Assembly (NCBI GenBank): GCA_027923505.1
Contig: BROI01000007.1
Coordinates: 992,001 to 1,056,000 of the forward strand
Source of the DNA: Mayamaea pseudoterrestris
Lineage: Eukaryota
Reading direction: 5' to 3'
DNA: 64,000 nucleotides
Positions within the stretch are counted from its first letter, which is position 1. The number at the start of each line of letters is the position of its first letter. Below are positions 45,575-58,880 of the stretch, piece by piece. The translations under genes and the position numbers were made by a program. The notes below the pieces were generated by a model. The model did not search any database, was not told where the DNA came from, and saw nothing but the letters and a program-made list of their open reading frames with translations.

Positions 45575-47296
45575 ATGTCTCGCAATGACGACGACGAGCC
45601 AGTCCAAGACTTGGACGAAACGGGCAAGCTCAACGAACAGGATGACGAGGAGGAGGATGTCGGTGGAGTAGCCGAGCAAGGCTCGGTGGTGAGCTCTCCA
45701 TCCAAGAGTGTGGATCGCATGCAGCAGCAGCCGCCAGGAGCAGCGCCCCGACAGCAGCAGCAGTCTCATCCTTCTCATCATCCTCCCCCGCATGGTTACT
45801 ACCATCCGCATCACCAACCAATGTATGGAGGTCCGCCGCCGCATGGCAGTGAGGGAGGTTACGCTCCTCCTCGAGGCGGAGGCAGTGGCTACGATGGACC
45901 ACCACCTCATGCGGCTGGTCCTCATCCTCCGCCGCCCTATGGCTACTATCCATCCTCTCCCTACATGCCGCCGCCGCCGCACTACGGACATCACATGTAC
46001 GGACCGCCGCCTCCGTACCAGCAGCACCCCATGTATCACGGAGGACCGCCGCCATCATACTACAATCCCTATCCGCCACCACCAAACGCGGGCGGTGAGC
46101 ATCATGCGCATGATCCTTATGCAGCAGCGCACCATCATCACTATCAGCATATGCCGGGGGATCGTAGTAAGGTTGTAGCGCGTCCCAGTCCACCGGACCA
46201 TGACGCTCACGTGCGCCACGGAGACGACAATTACGAAAACAATGACATGGACGACGAAGATGACGACGACGACGACGACGAAGATAACCATCACACATCC
46301 GCCCGCCTCAAAACGTACATTAAGCCAAAGGGCGGAGGCGGCGGCAACACGCAGGAAACCTTGGACCGCCGCTCGCGCAAGAACCAGCAGTCCCGGGCGC
46401 GGGCCGCCAAGCTGCGGATTCGCGTACTGGAGATTGAGCGCAAACCGGAGGAGGACCGCACCGAGGAGGAAATGCAAATATGGGAGCAGTACGAGCAGCG
46501 GCGGCAGCGGAAGAACAATCGATCGAGGGAGCGGGCGCTGGAAAAGAAGGAGGAGATTGATCGGATACTGGCCAAGCCGGATAAGAAGCGCACCAAGATT
46601 GAGAAGCAGTTTTTGGAAACGGCGTTGGCGGCAAAGAAGAGAAAGAATGAAGGTGATCGACTGCGGCGACAGCGACTCAAGGAACTGGGATTGTCCACCA
46701 AGGGAACGGGGATTCGTCCGGGTATTTCGGCGCGGGGACCGCTGCCGACGCAGTATCAGCATTTACTGGGAGCGCCACCGACGCCGGCTGGTCCGCCGGG
46801 GCATCATCACGTTGTTTCGCACCATGGACATCCCGCCTATCATCATCATGCGCACCATGCGCCTCCGCACCATTATCCAGGCTACATGCCGCCGCCACCG
46901 CAGCCTGGTCAAATGCCACCGCATCCGTATGGAGGCGATATTCCAATGTCGCCACTCCCGCAGCATCATCACCATCATCATCAAGGACCGCCACCACATG
47001 CCGCCGCCATGCCATCACCCTACACTTCCAACAATGCGCCGCCAAACTACCACAGTCCGCAGCGACGTGATGGCGGCGGCAATCCGGCCTACCTGCCGCC
47101 GCGCAACTACAACGACGACGCGCGCGTCGAGGAGCGGCACCATGCGGATGGATCCACCACCATTTCCGTGCAGCCAGTAACGAACGACGGAGACGATGAG
47201 GAGCAACAAGAAAAGGGAGAAAATGATGTTGATGAAGTAAATGTGGAAGCTGTGCATGAGGAAGAGAATGTGGTCCTGCAGGAAGAGACAGTCTAA
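45575..47296 (+). CDS. His/Pro/Tyr-rich protein with a central basic repeat domain, putative transcription factor
   Basis: Long ORF with first ATG at 45575; low-complexity flanks around three RKN-centred basic repeats. Confidence 0.7.
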   Translation: MSRNDDDEPVQDLDETGKLNEQDDEEEDVGGVAEQGSVVSSPSKSVDRMQQQPPGAAPRQQQQSHPSHHPPPHGYYHPHHQPMYGGPPPHGSEGGYAPPRGGGSGYDGPPPHAAGPHPPPPYGYYPSSPYMPPPPHYGHHMYGPPPPYQQHPMYHGGPPPSYYNPYPPPPNAGGEHHAHDPYAAAHHHHYQHMPGDRSKVVARPSPPDHDAHVRHGDDNYENNDMDDEDDDDDDDEDNHHTSARLKTYIKPKGGGGGNTQETLDRRSRKNQQSRARAAKLRIRVLEIERKPEEDRTEEEMQIWEQYEQRRQRKNNRSRERALEKKEEIDRILAKPDKKRTKIEKQFLETALAAKKRKNEGDRLRRQRLKELGLSTKGTGIRPGISARGPLPTQYQHLLGAPPTPAGPPGHHHVVSHHGHPAYHHHAHHAPPHHYPGYMPPPPQPGQMPPHPYGGDIPMSPLPQHHHHHHQGPPPHAAAMPSPYTSNNAPPNYHSPQRRDGGGNPAYLPPRNYNDDARVEERHHADGSTTISVQPVTNDGDDEEQQEKGENDVDEVNVEAVHEEENVVLQEETV

Positions 47297-47668
47297 TTGA
47301 ACATGGGGAATATATTATGGTCGTTGCTGTATTTTGACAAAGTGTGAACGAGTGTCTGTTGGTCAAGAGTTGCGCCCGTGCACTTTTTCTATACAGTTGG
47401 CGACATTAAATGTTTATGGAGAGTATCTATACGTAATATTTGCGCTTACTTAATCATCTTGCTATTTGGTTTGTTTTAATACGTGTAGGAACTGTCGTTC
47501 TTGCGCTCCATAGGCAAACTTTATTATTAAAGGGCTCAGCGAACGAAAGCATTGAATGGAATATATTAACGTGCAATGTAACATCAGCGCAGAAAGAGAT
47601 CCCAGCTGAGCGCGACCACTGTACAACTGGTAGAACAGAATTAACCAACGAAGAAGATCGATTACCAT

Positions 47669-50600
47669 TTACGCAGGCAAACATTTCTCTGACGTCAAAA
47701 AGCAACATCCTAGAATCTTTTGGCAGCGCGATGGTTCATCCACTGCCGCGTCTCGCAACATTTCCAGCGCGTCGTAAACGAGAGGATGGAGCGGAAGCCG
47801 ACAAGCTTCCTCGGCCAATGTTTGCAATTCCGATCGCTTCTCATCGAAGCAAAACATGACCGCTCCTGATACGAGCAAAAGACTATGAAGTTGCGGCATG
47901 ACCCTGCGATCCGAACTGACATCAAATATTTCACTCGCAGCATGACGACAACCTAAAAGCTTCAGGATGGATAAACATCGGCGCAACAGTCGCTGTGCCA
48001 ACTCTTGTTCCTCCTGTGTTACAGCAAAGTTTTCCGCCAGCAGCTTGCGGAGCATTAGTTGAATGGGCAAAGCCATCTCAATGTAGTCATTAGGCACCTC
48101 CTCCTCAAAAATCTTGCGATCAGAGTTACTGTTGAGTAGACTACCTGGTGACGTAGTGCCAACAATCTTAAACTCATCGATAAACTCTGTCATCGCTGGC
48201 TCTAAAGTATCAGTGTACGCTAACGTAATCGCCAGGACACTTTCAAAGGAAGTACAAACATCAAGTTCTGATCGCAAAATATAATCAGATGTAGGTTCAA
48301 GTTTCATCAGCTGCAGCGCCGGCTTGTTTAGAAGAGACAAGGCGGCAGCCTGTCGTACATCAGCGTCATTATCCTGCAAAAGCATCATAGCTGGAATAGT
48401 AAAAGCTCGTCGTACTGACAACGTCGTCTCAGAGAACGCGGCAGTTTCGTTCAATAGCTTACTCCCTGACAATGCCACAGCTGCAGAGTGTCGAAGCCTC
48501 CACGGCTTGTAAGGGTCGCTGAGGCGGCTCACGAGGTTTTTAAAGACATTCAACGCTTCCGCAGGTTGTGCTTTCCAGCGGATCACAAAGGACATGAGCT
48601 CGGCTGCATTTCCGTCAATGGCCGTAAAGTCTTGCTGTCCTTGCTCGTCCCCCATGCCAGCGCTTACCCCAATCATTCGTAAAGCTAATTGCCATAACTC
48701 GCTCGGCTCATTGGACTCCGAAAACGCGGCATTATCATGACGTACTCGCGCATTCAGGCATTCAATCAGACAGCGAGATAAGCGACGAACGTTGGGATTG
48801 TGTGATCTAGCGTCAAGCTCCCCGGCAAGCGTCGTGAAAAGAATCGACTGCAGCACATCAAAGCGCTCGTTATATTCTGTATCAGCAGCAAGCCATCCGT
48901 CGACACCTTCATAAATTGATTTTTTTAATGTTTTGATGGCAGCAACTCGAACATCGAACGATGGCGAGGAGAGAAGCGTTAACAACCTTGCTTCTAGGAT
49001 TCGGTCGACTGTATCAATCGTCCAAAACAAAGAAAGGAGATTCGCGCATATTCCGGCGCCGACGATAGAACCGAGCTCTGCGGCGCCAATGTCGTTACTA
49101 CACTCTTTTTCGAGCCACTCAATCGTAGCTATGCCATAATGCTGGTATTCGTTGCCAGCATTTGTTATTTGAAGTATCCTGAATGCACTTGACATTACCA
49201 GAGCAGGTGCACAAGGGCGCCCTCCGACAATCCGTAACCCCTTCTCAATTATTAGGTCCAGCATTAGATATGTTCCAAACGATTCTCTTAACTCGTGCTG
49301 AGTCTGAAGTAGTTCGAAAATCAAGCAAAAAGTGCCATGAATTTGGTTGAAACATACATTGGGCGAAATTAGCACTGTTCGGCACCACTGCAACAAGGCT
49401 AATGGGGAGGCGACGGATGCTTGCTCACCGCAAGAGAGATTCGCTAGCGCGCGTGCAGCTCCTTTCCGCATGGTGATGTGCTTATGCCTGGTTGATTCGA
49501 GCAATGGATATATAAGGTTTTCAGTTTGTATCGTTGCGTCAGTGCCAGACATTCGTGTTGGTTGCACTCGTGAAAGAAACACCATGAGAGGGAACACAGG
49601 AGGCATGCTACTCCAATTATTACGAGCCAAGCTCACGTCATGAGAATGAATAAAAACGGATCGAAAGAAGTCGGACAGCATCGGGTAAGCTTTGTACAAA
49701 TCGGCTATATTAGCAGCTCTGCTGCTCTGAGCTCATAAACATAATTTTTTTTGTGAGGAAGGTGTAGTAGTGCTTTCATCATTGCGCCATACGTCAAGCT
49801 TACCGTATTGTCGACACTGGCCGCATTTTTATCCGGATCGACAGCCCGCAGCATTGCTGCAGAAAACACCATCGTCGCAGAGTTGCGAGTGGCCCAGTCC
49901 GGATCCATGTACCCTAATACTGAAGAGACCAATGCCTTGCCAGCAATAGGCACCGAGACGCTTGACAAGGGACTATCGAGAAGAATCATCCGTACGATGT
50001 TTAAGGAGTGAATTCTTCTCAGGATGCCGCCTTGTGTAGTCAGAGAATCGCCCTCGGTTTGCATATCAATAACATCGTGAGGTAAGTGAAGGCAGTCTAG
50101 AAGCTGTGTCATTTTGGTAGGTGAAGGCAGGGACATGCTCAGCAATCTGTTTAAAACCGTTTCACACAGGGGAACCGAGTTATGTCTGGAGGATACCTCG
50201 GACCGCATCAACGAAAGAAACCCCAATGCGTACCCCGTACTTCGACGGAGTGTCGAATTCCGTGATTTGCTCGTGTCGGATATTTCATGCAACAGATTTA
50301 TCATCCATTTGCGTGGCAGCTTTTTCAACTCCTCGTCGTCCGAAGCTAGGCATGAGACCGCGAGTTGCTGAAGGGCTTTGTGAGCCGCATATGCAGCTCC
50401 TGTGTGTTTCACAGAAACTTGCGTCTCCAATAACAAAATTCCTGCGTCGTCGACGGAAGATACAGCTGCTCGAGCAGTAGTCGAGCACAAGCAATAAACA
50501 AAAGCTTCGCAAGCATCTTTGATGAGTAAACATGATCCGACGACAAGCCTTTGTGAAGCCATTTGATTACTTCGTTCGGCTAAGGTGACTCGTTTCAAAG

Positions 50601-53600
50601 AACCAGTGATGCCGTTGGCTCCAAGCGCACCCGGGTTAACGATTGCGTTCTGCGTTCGAGCAACATTGCCGAATTTCGAGTCCTCAGTATCGCCGATAAC
50701 ACTTAAAGATAAGCGGAGAGCTTCTCGAAGTAAATCAGCTATCTCAGCTGTAAATACTTCCGGATTAGCATAGAATGATAGATTTAATTCTACTAAAACC
50801 AGTCGCATGCCTCTAATCAGCCCATGAGCGAGTGGAAGTCCGTTTTCCGAAAGCCATCTTTCGTCGGTGAGTATTGTATCAAAAGCTTGGGCCATAAGCT
50901 TTAGACGTTCACGAACCAATGAAAACAATCGCTCTAAAACAGTGATCTTGGCGCTATCTGATGGGCACAGCAAGCAAACTAGTTGCAAAAGGCGTGCACC
51001 GGTATCGCATTCGTGCTGCCTTGGCGATGATGCCAAGTACACGGCGTGGTTCTCTATCATCACAAGGTCCAAGACAGAGCGCGGTAGTTCAATTGACTGT
51101 GGAATTGCCATATGGACTAAGCGTTCAAGCAATTCAGACGCCTTCAACCTTGTGTCATCCCAAGCGCTGCTCAACAACGACACAATCATGCAAAACACAT
51201 TTGCCGATAGAACATGAGTCGTGATCATGAATAGAGTAACTTCTTCTGAAAGGCTTCTTGCTCTATTAAACCATGTTCCGCTCTTACATAAGTTTCTGTT
51301 TGACTTGTCAGAGCTTAATTTGCGCGACGAAAAGTCGAGTATGCATTCCAGTATCGCTAATGCGAATGTTGCTTTGCTTGACGGGCTTCCCGGATATCCC
51401 GTCTTCTTACAAAGAATATCATTGATAAGAAAATCATTCACAAACTGCGACAAACGAGGTTGGAATGCCCCGTTTGAGAAGCCTTCGGCCTCAATTGCCG
51501 ATAATCGATCCATGAAATTGAGGAGACACAGACAAAGACTCGATAGGTACTGACGATCCACATCTTTCGCAGCAAACGCAAGTGACTCTTCCCAAAATTT
51601 GGCTTCTAGCAAAATTCGAGAAAGTGGATTGTCGGATGGCTTGTGACAAGCAATGACAGTTGATAAAGCACAAAAGGCGGAAGATCGAACCATGATGGAG
51701 GCATGGACCAAGCCAAGCGACAAGCTGTCAAGCGATACACACGACGTGATTGTTTCTCTGAGAGAATTCATGGCGCCATCGTTCCCCGATGCTTGCGATA
51801 AAAGACCGAGATTGCCGACAATCATAACAGTTTCCAGGCTCGCCCACAGAATTCGATCACTAATCGTGTCTCGTTCGACAAGCGGCAACTTGATCCGTCC
51901 GTCTAATCGTAACGAGTCGATTTGGAGCAACAAGCATTGTAGCACCTTTGCGGCCATTGCCCTATTCTCGTCGACAATCGTCCATATTCGAGCAAGACAG
52001 AAGGACGCAATTTGACTGCGGCGATTGGCTTCCATTGTGACAAGCGCGTGCGCCAGGCTGGGAACCCATAGACCCAACCAAGCGTTTCTTATTAGCGACG
52101 CCTTTGCCGAAGAATCGCCGCGCTCCGGCTCTACGTTCAGCTTTCGTCGCTCCTTTCGATTCATTGGCTTGCGAGCCGTTTGCATGCCTGCCGCCAGTAG
52201 TTGCTCATGCAGCAACGTTTGCAGTAGCTTGGCCCACAAGTCGGCAATAGCAACTGTATTGTGCCCAAAGTCAGCAATGCCCAGTAAAAACTCTGTAATT
52301 AATTGAGGCCCCGCCGCATCCAACAAGAATTGCGCCCCGGTCTCTGGCAACAAGGTTTCCAGTGCCAAGTAGCGACCTTTGCGATGCGGCGGTTGCTTCA
52401 AAATCTGATGCACCAGTGTTTGCAGTTGCGTTGGTTCCAACTGCTTGCGCATGATGCGAACAATGGTTTGAAACAAGCACGGCAGCGAGTGTGCCAGTCG
52501 CCGATCCGGATTCTCCCAAGCGTGTAGCACAATGTGGAGCGTTTCGTTTGTCAAGGATTGGAGTAGTTGATTGTCTTGTGCATCATCATCATGATCCATG
52601 TGACTCAGTAGCGTTTGAATGCCCTTGAGCGCCGCGAGGCGCACGTGCGGATCCGGCGAATCCATGGCAGGTCGTTTGAACGCGGCCAAGAATACTTGCA
52701 GAAACGTGTCTTGGTCGTGACACTCCGTCAAGAGCAATTCACTGCTGACAGCCGCCAATACTCCCTGCAGCAAACAAACTTGCTGCATACTTGTCAATGT
52801 CGACAAGAAATCCGCCGAAAGTACTTTTTGCAGATTGTCTCTATTCCACTCACACGCTCTGCCGTAGGCGACCACCACGACGCGCAAATGCTCCACCTGG
52901 AGCTGGCAGGAGGTGACGGCGCGGAGAAAAAAGTCGCGTAGTTGCTCTAGATTATCGTCGTCATAAGGAATTGGCGACACTAGTTTGAAAACGGCGGCAA
53001 TCTGCGAAATGCGATCCAGATTGGCAAGCATGCGCGTGCTGCTGCTTGACAAGAAGGAGTCATTTGCTGCATCTTCTTCATGCATCACTTTCAAGTCAAT
53101 CTGTTGCGCATGTCTCCATAGGAGAGACACTGCCGTCGACGCCGAAATTCTTGTCGCGAGCAGCGGATACGCCATGCAATGCTGCAGCGTCGTCAGCGGG
53201 TCCTTCCAGTATGTAAAGGCAGCGTCGTAATCAATGATGGTGGAAGTAACGTCGTTCGTTAAATCCAACGACCAAACACATGGATCAAGTGCATCGATAT
53301 CAACATCAGTATGACGTTTAGTATCAATGGCATTCACCACCGACTGCAACGATCTTCGCAGCGACGTTGGTGTCTTGACGCTCAGTGACAATTCCAGCAG
53401 AATGCGACAGCATGGTGCGGCGTCGTTGTCGTCGTTTTCTTGATCATTTAAGTCTCGTTGCTGTCTGGATTGAATTAACGTGTTTTTGAACTTTTGCAAA
53501 ACATGCATTTGATCATCTATGCAATTCGCATGCATGAGTGAATGCAAAAGGCGGTCCCATGCATTTGTGACGTCTTGCTCCTTCTCCGACATTGAGCTTG

Positions 53601-53757
53601 CATGGGCATGTTTCCGCAGCAGTTTCACGGCGTCGCGCGACGAAACGTTTGATGCCGATGCAGCGTCGTCGCCGTCATTAAATATTCTACATAGCGGCCC
53701 ATCATGAGGTACACGAATGGCTTTATTGTCTTTGACAACGGCCCCATGTCGACCCAT
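47669..53757 (-). CDS. THADA: THADA/Trm732 (DUF2428) armadillo-repeat protein, exons 53757-49804, 49726-47669
   Basis: KGRYLAL, KHTGA, LRRSTG, RIHSLNIVR, W.TRNSATMVFSA, VFPLMVFLSRV. Intron 49803-49727 joins the two ORFs in frame. Confidence 0.85.
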
Positions 53758-53975
53758 GGTATGTACATATGCATTGGCGAGTGAAACGAGGACATCATGG
53801 TCGATTGGTCGATGGATCGAGGGTGATTGTTGAGTGGTGGACGGTTTATGTCTTTTCAGTCGCGCTTACTATGAAAGGGGCCAATCAGACGGCTCGCTCG
53901 ATGACACGTGAACCAATCCTCGCCAACAAACAAAAAAGTCATGCTGCCATCAGATCGGATCAAGCGAACATTATA

Positions 53976-55582
53976 ATGTCAAGGCTGCCATGCATAAAAC
54001 GAAAATGCTGGTTAGTTGTATGCTCGAGAAGAAGAGGAGCGTTGATAGATGCTCGAAATCAAGCTGCTGCTGCATGGTCGATGCAGAAACAGCGACGACA
54101 AACATTGCACACTACTGCTGGCAGCAGCAATCACGACGGTCCATTGCATGCCATGTATTACGACTTGGTGCAACAACGAAACGTGCAGGCGGATCCGCAC
54201 CAATTGATTGCATTGAAGGAATTGGAGCGGTTGCGAACCAACTTGGATCAAGTAACACCACTATCACAGCAGCAAGCGCCTTCTACGCAAAGCAATTCAT
54301 CCTCCTTCTCATTCTTAAGCAACTGGCTATCATCCGCCAAGGAAACTGTCCATGATACGTTATTATCGACCATGCAACCGTCCGTCAAGGGAGTCTATCT
54401 TCATGGTGGTGTTGGTTGTGGAAAGGTGAGTGCTGTTATTTCGTGTGACGAGTTAATTGTTATTGGTTGTGTGCAGCTTCTGTAATTCATGGTTCCAATG
54501 TTCCAACTCTATATTACATTCAAACGCAGACTTTTTTAATGAATCTATTCTACGATAGCATCACTGACGGACCTTGGGCCGCGTCCAAGCAAAAGGTGCA
54601 CTTTCACGCCTTCATGCTCAACGTGCACCGCCACATGCACTTGGCGCGCCACAAGAGCGAAAGCAGCAGCAGCAGCAGCAGCGACGCTATCATACCCACT
54701 GTCGTCAATCAAATACTCTCACAGGGCCACTTGATTTGCTTCGACGAGTTTCAAGTGACGGACGTGGCCGATGCAATGATACTGCAGCGACTGTTCAACG
54801 GCATTTGGAAGGCGGGCGGCGTCGTGGTGACAACCTCCAATCGACCGCCGCAGGACTTGTACCTAAATGGCTTGCAGCGCGACTTGTTTCTGCCGTTTAT
54901 AGCGCTACTGCAACGCAAGTGTCAGGTTGTTGACATGTGGAAGTCAGATACCGACTATCGACTAATGCAACTAAAAGTGGATGGCAACAACAGTGTCTTT
55001 TTCGTCGGCGCCGACGGCAAGAAGCAGTTTGACGCGTTATTCTACAAGCTCGTTGGAGCAACGGCCGTGGCGCCCACCTTTTTGCAGACGCAGGGCCGCC
55101 ACGTGCACATTCCGCAGGCAGCCTTGACCAAAAGTATTGCACGATTTTCGTTTGAAGACTTGTGCCAAAAGGCGCTGGGCGCCGCCGACTATTTAATCAT
55201 TGGCGAGCACTTTCATACCGTCTTTGTCGACATGATTCCGCAAATGTCCATGAATGAACTAAACTGGGTGAGGCGGTTCATTACTTTTGTCGATAGCATG
55301 TATGAATGCCATGTCAAGCTCATACTGCAGGCGAAGACGGAGCAAGCCACCTTGTTTCAACGAGCCAGAAGTGACACGGACCATGATGAAGTCTTTGCGT
55401 TTGATCGTACATTGAGTCGATTGGAGGAAATGTCGAGCCAAAAATATTTGGCGACGCAGCAACGTGGAAACGAAAAACACTTTACGGAGAAGCAGGAGCG
55501 TTTGCGAACGTTTACCGAAATCACGGTTCGGCCGGTGGAAGATGCAGACTATGACAGTGAGCGATTTAAAGTAATAAAATGA
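53976..55582 (+). CDS. AFG1: AFG1/LACE1 (ZapE-like) ATPase, exons 53976-54425, 54530-55582
   Basis: KGVYLHGGVGCGK|T, HFHAFM, CFDEFQVTDVADAMIL, TSNRPPQDLY.NGLQR, FAFDRTLSRLEEM. Confidence 0.93.
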
Positions 55583-55634
55583 ATTTACTATTGCTATTTC
55601 TCTATGAGTAATGTTCACATTCTACAATTATTGT

Positions 55635-56435
55635 TTATCCAAAACACTCTCGCTTGCGACCTCGCATGCGCACCTGCTCGAGTCGCGCCAAGGTGGCTTC
55701 CGACCCATTCGCCTTGACGCGGTAAACGTCAATGACTTTCTCCAGAAATTGTGGCGGCAGCTTGGGGTGTGTCGAAACGAGCGCTCGCTCCAATACGTAC
55801 AAATCGACGGCTCGCTCTTCGGCCGAAGTCGAGTTCTTGGCCAAGCCAAAGTCAATGAGCATAATGACTGCGTTGTTATCATTTGTTTCGTCCAACTCAG
55901 ATTCGTCCATCATCGACGACGGAGCATGGCGATGCACCATCATGTTGGATGACGTCAAGTCGCCGTGGACAATGCCCAGATTGTTCAACTTTGCCAAGAC
56001 GAGACCCAAACTGCGAGCCAGCGCCAAAACCATGCGCTCCGCGTCGCTGCTCGATGCTGCTTTAGATGCTGTATCGTCATTATCATCATCATCATGATTG
56101 ACTGCTGTGTGTAGCAACACTTGTAACCGCTCGCGCAAGGTGATTACTTCGTCACCAAGATACTCCAGGTACAAGATTGGCGCCTGCACTCGTAACACCT
56201 TTGGGACGCGCAAGTTTCCCTTGGCGCACTTTTCCAGCAGTTTCGCCTCGGCGCGGCATCGCTGCCTGGTGAGGCGGTCGTCCAAGACAACGTGTCGATA
56301 TTTTTTGGAAAAGCGCTCCTTGGCGACGACGACGACTTTACCACCATAGTTGGGAACCTTCCAGACGCGAGCCTCGGCTCCCTGCGACAGCAACGTCCAA
56401 TCTGGACCTGGTATACTGACAGAGTCTTGCTCCAT
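55635..56435 (-). CDS. BUD32: KEOPS complex kinase Bud32/TP53RK
   Basis: QGAEA, KERFSKKYRH, HGDLTSSN, IDFGL, EERAVDLYVLERA, VRMRGRKR. Confidence 0.95.
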   Translation of the reverse strand: MEQDSVSIPGPDWTLLSQGAEARVWKVPNYGGKVVVVAKERFSKKYRHVVLDDRLTRQRCRAEAKLLEKCAKGNLRVPKVLRVQAPILYLEYLGDEVITLRERLQVLLHTAVNHDDDDNDDTASKAASSSDAERMVLALARSLGLVLAKLNNLGIVHGDLTSSNMMVHRHAPSSMMDESELDETNDNNAVIMLIDFGLAKNSTSAEERAVDLYVLERALVSTHPKLPPQFLEKVIDVYRVKANGSEATLARLEQVRMRGRKRECFG

Positions 56436-56870
56436 AATGCTGTGTTATTGTGAATCAGTTGTTGTTTCGAATAACTTGTTGAATCAATGTTGTGATGCAA
56501 TGCGTGCTGCGCTCCGTCCTGCTCGTCGTGAACACTTGCCGCGCTACTGATAACTGACGACTACGTGTCAAAAAGTCGTTGCAAAACCTAGGTTTCCTGC
56601 TTCAGAAGAGAATGTGCTTGTCACTGCAAATGACATATGGAGCTCTGGTCACGGAAATGGTTCGTGATGGTTTGTGGAGGTCTCGTCGCCGCGAAAAACG
56701 GTGTCACATGCGCGTCGTACTGGTTATGGATGATGGATGCGTCGTCGGTTTGATACGCCGCCATTGAACAAGATGGACGCAAGTAGTTCTACTACCCGGT
56801 AGTATCACACCATTATCGCCTTTGCCATAAGACGCTGTTGATTTTTGACTTACAACATCACAAATCGCTC

Positions 56871-58587
56871 ATGGCATCCATTCCAACGTCATACGGCGAC
56901 GACGGCGGGGACGACGAGTCTGGTGCGTTGCAGCAGCGAAGCATGGTGACGGAAGATCATCCGTTGGCAAACGTTCCAAATGATTTTGAACTTGCCGAGA
57001 AGTCATCAGCAGCGCCAGCGCCTTTACATGCTTCTCCGTCAGCGCGTGCGATCCAATTTCCATTGCCGCCGCCGCAGACGTCTACCGCCGGCCAGCAACA
57101 TGCTACTCCACATCTAGTCGATTCCCCGACGAGAACATTGGATGAATTTGTCGATCTATTCTTGCTGCAAGATGAAACGATGCATACGCGTCTTCATCCT
57201 GATCCTATACCAGCCAATATTTCCGACCATGACAAACTCGAGCTGCTCGTTGCTCGCCGCGCCTTTGCCGAGGTTGTCACGTTGACGCATCAATTACTAC
57301 ATGGCGCGCATAGTCACTACGCTCCCATTTGGCGCACGCTTTTGGAAGGCAACGAAAAAGGCAGCCTGTTGGCGCTGGAATCCCAGCGCATGCAACTGCT
57401 GCAGATTGCCACCATGCACATGCACGCCATGCTGAAACTCCAGCGTTTCGACGAACTACAAAAGGAGCTAGCATCTTGGAAATTTGCGCGCTCGTTCAAT
57501 GATGGTCCTAGTTGGGTGCCGTGGTCGTTTCGTATTGCCTATGCAACGTGCCTCCTTTACGCGAATGATGTGAACGATGGCTCCAATGATGGCTCACTAG
57601 TAGTCGATGTTCTCCACGACCTTCGAGATAGCATTCCTGCACAAGACTTTATCAGTTTGCTCCGCGTGGATCAAACGATTTGCAACTATTACTGCCGTGA
57701 AAAACAGTGGCGCATGGCCTTGGCGTCGTTACAAAATATGGCAAATCATGTATCCGCCGCGTGTCAGCAACATGATGCGAATGACGAAAACGACGTGAAT
57801 GCCGTATTAGCGTTGGCGCATTCATGTGAACTGTGGAGCCGACAGGGGCGTGTTTTATTGCAAGCTGGCGCCACGGAGGCTGCGTCCAGCATTTTTCAGC
57901 AAGCCTCGTCTCACTGGGCGCGTTTATCATCGAATGCGGAACCATCATTGGCGCAAAAACATGCCATTATTGGAATGGTTCCTGCTCAATTGTTGATGAA
58001 CGAAGGACTTTTGTCGTTTGCGAACAACAAATACGAACATGCCTTGGAGTGCTTTCGACGTGCGGCGCACCATGTCAAGCCCATGATTTCTCAAGAGAGC
58101 AACACGCCAGCAAACGTTTGGTCCGTCGAGAGTGTCTTGGTGACAGAGACATCTTATGCATTGTACGGCGACTGTATGAATAACATGGCGCTCTGCGCCA
58201 TTTACACGGTAAGATTGTTCGGAATGAATAAAACTGAAATACTGTCGTAAATGATCTCACGTCATTTGTGCTCTCCCATGTCTTGCGCGCGATTAGTGTC
58301 GGTTACACGAAGCTATCCATGTGATGGAATCTTTGGTTCGCGAGAATCCAACGGCTTTCTTGACTGAACGTGTCGCCTTGAATCTGTGGTGAGTTGCAAT
58401 ATGTTTGTTTTGACTGCCTTTGCTGGCTTGGATAGTTGCTGATACTGTTTTTGTTGTTTGTAGCACTCTTTACGAATTGCAATGTGATACCAGCGTCGCC
58501 GCCCGCAAGAAGCGGGTGTTGCAACTGCTGGCGAAGCGGTTCACGCTCCACGATGTTGCCAACGAGTGCTTTCGACTCCAGCAGTAA
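56871..58587 (+). CDS. TRAPPC12: TRAPP complex subunit 12-like TPR protein, exons 56871-58208, 58297-58388, 58464-58587
   Basis: VPWSFRI, NNMALCAIY|..L.EAI..MESLVRENP...L.ERVALNLC|TLYEL...KKRVL resembles the TRAPPC12 C-terminus. Confidence 0.75.
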
Positions 58588-58880
58588 GGTATATATGACT
58601 TACCGTCTATTTAAAAAAACCCTATCGCTAGGTTTTATAGATTGCCAATCAAAGTATCATGAAAAACCTTCACTAAATCATGTCAAGTGGCACATCTACA
58701 AGATGAAGCACCCAGCAGTATTTACCTTTACAACATTTTGCAAGCATGCACTTTTTACGATAAAGTCAAAACAAACATGATGCCACGACAAGTCTCACAT
58801 AACCAGCCGACTTGTGTGCAATTTGGTTCCATCATCAACCACCACCTGCAACTACTACTACTCATGCGCACGACTACGCC

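Noticed and set aside
46200..47180. 326-aa alternative-frame ORF and several antisense ORFs over the His/Pro-rich gene
   Set aside because: GC-rich repetitive codons lack stops in other frames; no independent motifs.
49705..49803. Apparent split of THADA into two ORFs (pseudogene or frameshift)
   Set aside because: Explained by a canonical GTAAGC...CAG intron (49803-49727).
47669..56435. THADA/Trm732 and BUD32 as a tRNA-modification gene cluster
   Set aside because: Only two genes from different pathways, separated by AFG1; plausible by chance in a compact genome.
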